From the IMG/VR virus record IMGVR_UViG_3300031998_000004: a stretch of DNA of 64,000 nt; one strand, given 5' to 3'. Within the stretch, counting starts at the first letter, position 1. Every line of letters begins with the position of its first letter. Below, piece after piece: positions 57,109-64,000 of the stretch. The translations under genes and the position numbers were made by a program. This DNA comes from a virus (lineage: Duplodnaviria > Caudoviricetes). Below the pieces are notes generated by a model. It made no database searches and was not told where the DNA came from. It saw nothing but the letters and a program-made list of their open reading frames with translations.

Positions 57109-57738
57109 TTAATATATTACTTGCTTGTTTAGTTTGTTTAAGATGTCGCGTATCTCAACCGGATAATAGTCATTGTTATCTACTCCGACATCATATGTAA
57201 GACCCGGTTTAAGTATCAAGTCAAATCCTGGCTGGTCTACCTCACTCCTTACTCTCGGTCCACTATGGATATGACCGTGAAGGTTAAGTGTCCCTCTCCG
57301 AAAGTGTGGCCAGGTCGCAAGCGGGAAGTGACTGAGCATCAGTTCGTGTTCACGAGATGGTTTATCTTCATCAATCCCACTCACAAAGATCATTGCTGTA
57401 TCGGATATCAGGTCTACCCTATCCATCTTCTTCACTAACTTAAACTGATCGTCCGTGTCGTGATTGCCTGGAAGGATAAATATGTGTCCTCCGCGCAATT
57501 CATCTATCTTCTTTTTCACAGCCACCGGGTCTTTCCTCCAACAGAAGTCTCCAAGCACAAACACAACGTCGTCATCCCCCACCACTTCGTTCCACCTATC
57601 AGTCAAGGCCTTATTCATATCTTTGATATCACCCCAAGGCCTGTTACAGAACCTCACTACGTTGACATGGTCGAAGTGCTGATCGCTAGTGAACCAACAC
57701 CTTGCTCCAGGCTGTAGTCTTATATGAATTCTGTCCAT
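57109..57738 (-). CDS. calcineurin-like phosphoesterase
   Basis: TSDQHFDH, LGD, GNHD, SHFP, HGHIH, DVGVD. Confidence 0.9.
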   Translation of the reverse strand: MDRIHIRLQPGARCWFTSDQHFDHVNVVRFCNRPWGDIKDMNKALTDRWNEVVGDDDVVFVLGDFCWRKDPVAVKKKIDELRGGHIFILPGNHDTDDQFKLVKKMDRVDLISDTAMIFVSGIDEDKPSREHELMLSHFPLATWPHFRRGTLNLHGHIHSGPRVRSEVDQPGFDLILKPGLTYDVGVDNNDYYPVEIRDILNKLNKQVIY

Positions 57739-57894
57739 AGGTCTACTTAATTAACTTCTTTACTTTCTCTCTATCAAACTCCACTACGGCGCCTGTCCTT
57801 TTATTCTTACAGACAAACATACCTTCTTTCACATCGACTATCATCCAATGTTCTTTGTTGTATGTGAATGCTTCACCAATTCCTATTTGCATAC

Positions 57895-58485
57895 TCATAA
57901 TATTTCTAATTTAATTTTACTCAATTTCTCTCCCCACTTGATAATCATCTTTTTAAACCAACTGCATTTAATCCTAGTCTTGAATATACTAACGATCATC
58001 TTATCATGTCCAAACGCTGTCCCGTTAGCATATAATTCGGGTCTTGCAATGATGTCTTTCACTGTCCACAATCCAATGTCATCTACCTCATCTTTCTCAC
58101 CATTACAATTCCTCTTATCAAGTTTCCTTACTATCTCCATCGCGGAGTTTACCTTTATCACACCATAGAACGAACACACAACATTCTGAGCCTTGGAATG
58201 GGGATTTGTTGATATGGATGCGAGTGTCAATGGTCCATCAAACCTCACTCCTGTCTCTTCGTAGCACTCTCTCCTTGCGGCTTCTTCAAGTGTCTCGTCA
58301 AAGTCCAGGTACCCACCAGGAACATTCCATTTTCCTACAGCGGACGGACATCCGGGCCCTCGTTTAGAAACCAGGATGAACCATTCCTTAAGGTTCTTAT
58401 CATATATATACAGATACATCGAACAGGCAACTGATCGACTGTACCAATAGGTCTTGCCCTCGTGTTCGAAAGGAAAGTTCTTCAT
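57895..58485 (-). CDS. Nudix hydrolase
   Basis: GGYLDFDETLEEAARRECYEETG Nudix box. Confidence 0.9.
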   Translation of the reverse strand: MKNFPFEHEGKTYWYSRSVACSMYLYIYDKNLKEWFILVSKRGPGCPSAVGKWNVPGGYLDFDETLEEAARRECYEETGVRFDGPLTLASISTNPHSKAQNVVCSFYGVIKVNSAMEIVRKLDKRNCNGEKDEVDDIGLWTVKDIIARPELYANGTAFGHDKMIVSIFKTRIKCSWFKKMIIKWGEKLSKIKLEIL

Positions 58486-58626
58486 CGACTTGCTCCTTTT
58501 ACTTGTAAACAATCCGGATAGTTATAATATACTTTTACCTCAGCATCATCAGCATCTCTTGCTTCAACTGTTACTGCCTTGGTCTGACCATCAATGGTCT
58601 CATAAACTACTCTAAATTTTTCCATA

Positions 58627-58959
58627 TTAATTATTTAATGTTTTTGGCCATTCAATACCTTTATCCACATAACGTTGATAATCTTTATCAGCAATGGATT
58701 TCTGCCTATTATAATATTTCAAAGCATCCTTGTATGTTTTAATATGAGATAATTCTTCTTTATACCTTTCTGGATCATAGCAAGGATTTAATTCCCCAAC
58801 ACATTCATGCAAGAATTGTCTCCATGGATTCTTAAACGTCCTATCCCACCAAGTCATTTCTTCCGGTCGGATCCTCCAATAGATGTATCTATACTCAGAA
58901 CCACACGTTTCATAACAAAACTGAACTTTACACTTGCTATAATCTCGTTTATATTTCAT
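58627..58959 (-). CDS. hypothetical protein
   Basis: ORF in co-oriented block. Confidence 0.6.
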   Translation of the reverse strand: MKYKRDYSKCKVQFCYETCGSEYRYIYWRIRPEEMTWWDRTFKNPWRQFLHECVGELNPCYDPERYKEELSHIKTYKDALKYYNRQKSIADKDYQRYVDKGIEWPKTLNN

Positions 58960-58960
58960 A

Positions 58961-59575
58961 TTACTTAAGGTGTTTTTTGATGTCTTTAATTTTTGTACGG
59001 AAATCTTCCATCATCCCTTCAATCTCACTCACATCCTTTCCCTTCTTCTTCCAATCGCTCTTTTTGACGGAAAGGTTACTAAGTCTCCTTTTGAGATCTT
59101 CGAGATTCTTTTCGCTATACCACTCCTTCTCAAATTCTTTGTTTTTACGCGCGATCTCGGCCTGAATAATAGTATTACTCATCTTTTCGGTTTCTTTTGA
59201 AATTTGCGCGGTTTTTGTCTCATTAATCACAGCTTTCCTGACCGTTTGCTTCTTTGCGTCTTTTCTCCGCGCGCGCGGCTTCTTAATCAACCCTTCATCA
59301 AAGATATAATCTAGACTCTGTCCAAAGACCTCGTGCCAGTTCCAATCCCGCTCTTTCTCATTCCATCCATCATGGATAGTAAGTACTTTGACCTTCTGCC
59401 CGCCAATCCATATATCCATCAGGGTGGTGCCATCGGCCTTCGTCTCAACTCCACCTTCAAACCCGCCCCACTGACTGAGCTTCGCCCAGGCATCACTCCA
59501 TGTGATGTTCTTACTTACACCAGGTTCAACCGCATTGACCAAGGACCAAATTTTTGCACTTACTTTTCTATCCAT
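58961..59575 (-). CDS. hypothetical protein
   Basis: Basic coiled-coil C-terminus. Confidence 0.65.
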   Translation of the reverse strand: MDRKVSAKIWSLVNAVEPGVSKNITWSDAWAKLSQWGGFEGGVETKADGTTLMDIWIGGQKVKVLTIHDGWNEKERDWNWHEVFGQSLDYIFDEGLIKKPRARRKDAKKQTVRKAVINETKTAQISKETEKMSNTIIQAEIARKNKEFEKEWYSEKNLEDLKRRLSNLSVKKSDWKKKGKDVSEIEGMMEDFRTKIKDIKKHLK

Positions 59576-59592
59576 ATCTTTATCTGTTTGTA

Positions 59593-59623
59593 TTTAATTA
59601 ACAAAAAAGGTTCAGATCTTTAG
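59593..59623 (-). promoter_or_regulatory. putative phage promoter
   Basis: CTAAA-N18-TAATTAAA. Confidence 0.5.
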
Positions 59624-60336
59624 AAGAATCTGAACCCAACACCAACACCAACCTGCGGACCCACGTCAATTTGTTTGGTAATCAGACCGTACTGGAAACC
59701 AAATCCACCATATGCACCAAGTGTCCAACGAGATATCTTTTTCTCAAACCGGCTACCGTCAATCACAGCCCCTTCAATACTAGTGACATTGAAGTAAGGG
59801 TTGGGACTTGTTACAAATATCTTATAATCGCCCCCTAACCCCACCTTCAACGGGACATTCATGTCAATATTATATACCTTCAGGACGGGGTTGTTCGGGT
59901 CTAATAGGGAGAAGTTTTCATCAAACTTCAACCAGTCATCACAATAACTCATTCTATATGAATTAGTTAGAGTATCATGAACGACTTCTGTAACATATAC
60001 TGTATCCTTTATCTTCAGCTGTGCTTCGAGTTTAGAGATGTATGCGAGCTTACTTCCAAGTGCCTTCTCGTAGTCACGAACCTGTTGTTTTGATATATCA
60101 AGCGCTTCCTGCAGGTCTCGTTTTTCAATTATCAACGACCCGTTCTCAAACAAAACTTCGTCGTGTTTTGTTTTGATGACGCTAACAGAATCCTGTAGGA
60201 CTTCATAGTTGTGTTTCCAGTTGTTGTTCGATCTCTGGATATTGACATTACTAGTCCAGGCCCAAGCCAATAGACCAATCAATACAACCATCACCCCAGC
60301 AATAATCCAATTAACTTTCTTCTTGTTTATTTCCAT
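59620..60336 (-). CDS. envelope protein, possible spanin-like lysis protein
   Basis: N-terminal TM, coiled coil, C-terminal beta strands ending GVGVGFRFF. Confidence 0.5.
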   Translation of the reverse strand: MEINKKKVNWIIAGVMVVLIGLLAWAWTSNVNIQRSNNNWKHNYEVLQDSVSVIKTKHDEVLFENGSLIIEKRDLQEALDISKQQVRDYEKALGSKLAYISKLEAQLKIKDTVYVTEVVHDTLTNSYRMSYCDDWLKFDENFSLLDPNNPVLKVYNIDMNVPLKVGLGGDYKIFVTSPNPYFNVTSIEGAVIDGSRFEKKISRWTLGAYGGFGFQYGLITKQIDVGPQVGVGVGFRFF

Positions 60337-60781
60337 CTTTACCTATTATATATATTTTACCATTTCCTCTATAAGGTCCCTCTTTCCATCTTCTATCACG
60401 GACATAGTGCTTCTTTACTGACTCACATAGACACTCACTACAAATAGTTGTATACCATCCGTCAACTGTAATCCCGACACCTTCTCGAGTCCCACACATC
60501 TCACACACGCGGTAGGATTCGTCTTCGGCTTCCTTGACCATCGCGCTGAGCCGATCACATGTCTCCTTATCCACATTCTCGCCAGACCAATAGAATCTCA
60601 GTCCTCCCCACTTCTCTTTAATCTGTGTTATTTCAAGATATGAGTCCGTTCCGGCATGCTCTTCGTTGTATCTTATTACGAAATCAACGAGGGGTTGATA
60701 GAGTTCTTTCCATCCATCACCACACTCAATACCGAACCATTCATATGATGTCGGCGGGTGTATGTTATTCATCACATTCAT
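60311..60781 (-). CDS. conserved-type phage hypothetical protein
   Basis: ECGDGW...QIKEKWGGLRFY...CEMCG...CSEC. Confidence 0.7.
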   Translation of the reverse strand: MNVMNNIHPPTSYEWFGIECGDGWKELYQPLVDFVIRYNEEHAGTDSYLEITQIKEKWGGLRFYWSGENVDKETCDRLSAMVKEAEDESYRVCEMCGTREGVGITVDGWYTTICSECLCESVKKHYVRDRRWKEGPYRGNGKIYIIGKDGNKQEES

Positions 60782-61136
60782 GTGCTATCTCTGCTAATCC
60801 CTTAATTCTCTTTGGAGTGAAGGTCGCTTCATATTCCTCTGGAGTGAATCCCTGAAGTCTCTCCTGGTACTGTCCTTTAAGGTCTTCGAACATCCCCACA
60901 CATACCTCACCGAGAGCGTTTGAGTCCTTTCTTCTGTTTTTATTTGTCTTGTCTCTGTATACTGCAGTGCAGTACTTGTCTGCTAGAGACACCCAACTCT
61001 CAACCATATTAGTAATACACGTAAGTTGTTCCTGCGTCTCGGTTGATTCAATACAAGCAGATATCTTGTTATATCCGTTTAATATTTTTGCATAACTTTC
61101 ACTGTACATACTCATATACATATAATACTTTATCAT
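60765..61136 (-). CDS. hypothetical protein
   Basis: ORF downstream of promoter motif. Confidence 0.6.
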   Translation of the reverse strand: MIKYYMYMSMYSESYAKILNGYNKISACIESTETQEQLTCITNMVESWVSLADKYCTAVYRDKTNKNRRKDSNALGEVCVGMFEDLKGQYQERLQGFTPEEYEATFTPKRIKGLAEIAHECDE

Positions 61137-61137
61137 A

Positions 61138-61168
61138 TATAAATAACAAAGAGAGACTGTATATTTAA
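61138..61168 (-). promoter_or_regulatory. putative phage promoter
   Basis: TTAAA-N18-TATTTATA. Confidence 0.55.
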
Positions 61169-61209
61169 TACCGTCTCTCTTCCTTTGAGTGATATAGTTA
61201 GTGTTAAAC

Positions 61210-61797
61210 TTAAATAGCCAAGAGGTAAGTCTTCATTATCTTGAACAACTCGTCATAATATGTCTTTGTGTAATTGATAATAGGACGAGCATTCTTGAGT
61301 AACTTGAGTTCCTTAGTCTTACTTGCAAGAGCAGCTTCGATATCCTTAATCATCTTCTCATTGGTGTCCTTATCATTATCTACGCGGGCACGAACTTCCT
61401 TCACAAGATTAACTAGGTCGAACGCCTGTTCAACTGTGATATTACGATCAGCAATCTCATCGCGTAATTTCTTAAGTACATCAACAAATGTATGCTCTGC
61501 AATTTCCAAGTTCTTGTTATTCAATTCATCATCTTCTGATGCAAGCAAGTCGATATAGTAATCGTTTCCCTCACCAACAAAGTATGGAAGATAATCTTCA
61601 ATAACAAAAGGTTTCTTTTTATCCTCTTCCGGGGGTTCTGCAACTGTCTCGGGTTCGTCAACGATTGATGTTGATGACGAAGCAGAAATGTTTGTTGCTC
61701 CACTTTGTAAGAGTTTGTTCATTTCTTCATTATAATCCTGTACATTATCAAATTCTTTACCATTGATAACCCCATTAAAAACAACTTTTCTCATCAT
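61210..61797 (-). CDS. hypothetical protein
   Basis: 195-aa ORF, coiled-coil C-terminus. Confidence 0.65.
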   Translation of the reverse strand: MMRKVVFNGVINGKEFDNVQDYNEEMNKLLQSGATNISASSSTSIVDEPETVAEPPEEDKKKPFVIEDYLPYFVGEGNDYYIDLLASEDDELNNKNLEIAEHTFVDVLKKLRDEIADRNITVEQAFDLVNLVKEVRARVDNDKDTNEKMIKDIEAALASKTKELKLLKNARPIINYTKTYYDELFKIMKTYLLAI

Positions 61798-61804
61798 ATA
61801 TTAG

Positions 61805-62107
61805 TTAATTTAATAAGTTTTCTAATTGTGGTTGAGTAAGAAGCCCTGTTGACCTATAAGTCACTTCACCGTTTTCTATCAAAAGAACAACAGGAACACT
61901 TCTAACTCCGAACTCATCTACTATCTCATCAGCTGAGTCCGCGTCTACTTCAATAAAATACACATCTGTGTGGAATTTTTCAATATCTTCTATGTTTTTT
62001 TGCACCATCTTACATGGACCACACCATGGTGTTCCTATCTTAACGAGACAGAGATCGTGTTCGGATATCGCCTTGTTGAAAATATCTAAATCATTAATTA
62101 CTACCAT
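61805..62107 (-). CDS. trxA: thioredoxin
   Basis: WCGPC, VRSVP. Confidence 0.92.
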   Translation of the reverse strand: MVVINDLDIFNKAISEHDLCLVKIGTPWCGPCKMVQKNIEDIEKFHTDVYFIEVDADSADEIVDEFGVRSVPVVLLIENGEVTYRSTGLLTQPQLENLLN

Positions 62108-62582
62108 CTTTCCAAAATTTATTTGTTATATCATATTCAATAACTTCATGAAAATTATACAGTCTGCCAATCTTATATAGTCGTTGATTGGTTGTTCTGG
62201 AGTTGATTGGGCCAAGCTCTTTCTTATATGATCCTACTTTAATATAGTCAAAGGTCCATCCAAATTCAAATAGATTTATATTGTCATCCCCGCTATACCA
62301 GGCAGTCTTGTATCCTTTACCGGAGACATGACTTGCCAGGGCTAGGAGTCTCTTTTTGTCCCCGTCTCCACCCATAAACAAGATACATGTAATTCCCGGG
62401 TTATTCTCAATAAGCCTGTCCAACGTATCTTCGTCGAGCTCCTCTCCACAATCTGTTTGGAGATATGGGCTATGACACCCGGGACACCTGTGGGGGCAAC
62501 AACTCAGATTGATGGCGAGAGACACCTCGTCTGGTATCTCTGCAAATACAACTTGGGTATCTTGTGGTACAAACTTTATCAT
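62094..62582 (-). CDS. nrdG: anaerobic RNR activating radical-SAM protein
   Basis: CPHRCPGCHS; FMGGD; TTNQRLY. Confidence 0.9.
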   Translation of the reverse strand: MIKFVPQDTQVVFAEIPDEVSLAINLSCCPHRCPGCHSPYLQTDCGEELDEDTLDRLIENNPGITCILFMGGDGDKKRLLALASHVSGKGYKTAWYSGDDNINLFEFGWTFDYIKVGSYKKELGPINSRTTNQRLYKIGRLYNFHEVIEYDITNKFWKDGSN

Positions 62583-62785
62583 GCTATATATAATCCGCAG
62601 CAGCAATGACAGTGTTCTCTGTATTCACGACAGGGACACACGGTGTCATCGTCATGAAATTTTGGAGGGACACAAGGACAGTACTCTTTACCGTACTTCT
62701 CTTTCTTTGCCGCCTTTGCTTTATTTATTGCTTTGACCCGTTCTTTATCGGGATTTATTGTGTATTTAGGTTCGATTCCTAACAT
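62579..62785 (-). CDS. ferredoxin-thioredoxin reductase catalytic-subunit-like protein
   Basis: KYG..YCPC...CPC...CCCGLY. Confidence 0.7.
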   Translation of the reverse strand: MLGIEPKYTINPDKERVKAINKAKAAKKEKYGKEYCPCVPPKFHDDDTVCPCREYREHCHCCCGLYIA

Positions 62786-62787
62786 AT

Positions 62788-63858
62788 TTAACAAGATTTT
62801 TTATAACCATGAACTTTAAATAGATGACATTCTTTGCAATAAGTTATAAGATTCTCAAGATCATTCAATCTTGAATCATTTCTCATTATATCATATAATT
62901 CTTGTTCATTTTTAATAATATTTAATTCTGGATGTTCATTAAGTATCTCTTCAAATAATTCTTTAAATGATATTATATGATGAACTTGGAGTTTCTTTTT
63001 ACTCCCACATAATTGACATTTATAATTATCTCTCTTTAATATCTCGGGAATTTGATTTACCCGAAAATATTCACGAAGCCTCATATATAATCCTGTTCTA
63101 CCACCTTTCCAATTGGGATGATTCTCTCCTATAAATCGCCCTTTTCTCGCTTCTGAATTACCTCTCACCTTAATGCCGAATTTCTTTAATCTATTATCAA
63201 CAACACTAGGAGCTACATCATATTGAACTCCTATATCCTTTTTAGACATTTTATTAGTTACATACATGTCATATAACTTTTCGAAATCGTCTAAATCGGA
63301 AGGATATTCTTTTTTATTATGGGAAAATTGTGATTCTGATAAAGATCTGGTTTTTATAACACCACTACATTTTATGTGTTTTAATACAGTTGCTGAAGTA
63401 AAACCAACCATTTTAGATATTTCTGGACCAGACAATCCCTGATTATATAATGATATTATCAAATCGTCTTTTGATTTATCAGACTCATATGTAGACATCA
63501 TGTTATGATATACTGTCGGATCTCTTTTTAACCCTAATTCTTTTGCTCTTCTACGAATCGGACCAGAATCACAATGAAATGTTTCCCTCATAATTCGCAT
63601 GGGAACCCCATTCAAATACATTTCCGTTAATAATTTATCATCAAAAACCAATTTATTATAAGCTTCAAAGTGATATTCTTTATTCGGAATGTTTCCTGTT
63701 GGTCTAGTTGGTATTTTATATTTTTTTATCCAATATAAAACCTTTTCTTTTTTAAGATTTAATAATTTGCCAATTTCTGAACAAGTCATTTGTTTATTGA
63801 CATATAAATCAAACAGTTCTTCTTTTGTAATCGGAAAATTTTTAGTGGTGTCTTTCAT
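62788..63858 (-). CDS. HNH homing endonuclease with HTH repeats
   Basis: NHPNWKGG, RDNYKCQLCG...LQVHH...NLITYCKECH. Confidence 0.85.
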   Translation of the reverse strand: MKDTTKNFPITKEELFDLYVNKQMTCSEIGKLLNLKKEKVLYWIKKYKIPTRPTGNIPNKEYHFEAYNKLVFDDKLLTEMYLNGVPMRIMRETFHCDSGPIRRRAKELGLKRDPTVYHNMMSTYESDKSKDDLIISLYNQGLSGPEISKMVGFTSATVLKHIKCSGVIKTRSLSESQFSHNKKEYPSDLDDFEKLYDMYVTNKMSKKDIGVQYDVAPSVVDNRLKKFGIKVRGNSEARKGRFIGENHPNWKGGRTGLYMRLREYFRVNQIPEILKRDNYKCQLCGSKKKLQVHHIISFKELFEEILNEHPELNIIKNEQELYDIMRNDSRLNDLENLITYCKECHLFKVHGYKKSC

Positions 63859-63945
63859 GTATAAATAATAATAAAACAACCAATAAAAATAAATCAACCC
63901 ACAGCCACCCGAGAATTTCAATCCAATAAAAAAAAAAGAGATTGA

Positions 63946-64000
63946 TTACTCAACCTCTTTACTATAGATTCGTTTTGATTCTTCTATCTTTCGAGCATTT
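63946..64000 (-). CDS. 3' end of a gene, probably anaerobic RNR NrdD
   Basis: ...NARKIEESKRIYSKEVE* resembles NrdD C-terminus; near nrdG. Confidence 0.5.
   Translation of the reverse strand, partial: NARKIEESKRIYSKEVE

Noticed and set aside
1-64000. Alternative genetic code (TAG reassigned, as in Lak-type phages)
   Set aside because: Long core ORFs are intact in code 11, TAG ends several genes at sensible boundaries, and no CUA suppressor tRNA was seen

Overview
This is a 64 kb segment of a large T4-like tailed phage genome in the standard genetic code. The host is probably an anaerobic Bacteroidota (inferred). Core genes include a gp32-like SSB, an RNase H/5'-3' exonuclease, TerL, a gp47/Mre11 nuclease, QueC with a TGT/DpdA-fold neighbour, a DRB0094-type RNA ligase, GMP reductase/IMPDH, phosphoesterases, a Nudix hydrolase, a thioredoxin/NrdG/FTR-like module and five free-standing homing endonucleases. 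Three things stand out. (1) About 37 otherwise dissimilar proteins share one N-terminal peptide, S-[ILV]-F-[DSN]-x-[DNH]-[IL]. In 28 minus-strand genes it follows Met directly. In about 9 plus-strand genes it follows a T4-like capsid-targeting/prohead-protease leader (MKxLxE|SLFD). (2) A ~9.4 kb minus-strand tRNA region (46.6-56.0 kb) is headed by a 21-codon leader ORF and a 1:2/2:3/3:4 attenuator. The leader's amino acids match the downstream tRNAs. (3) That region holds a group I intron in tRNA-Lys(UUU), C33 duplicate tRNAs, A34 tRNAs, enlarged tRNA-like RNAs and four copies of a covarying RNA scaffold. The scaffold carries linear, circularly permuted or partial tRNA cargo and is Y RNA/YrlA-like. 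All calls were made by eye; no database searches were run.
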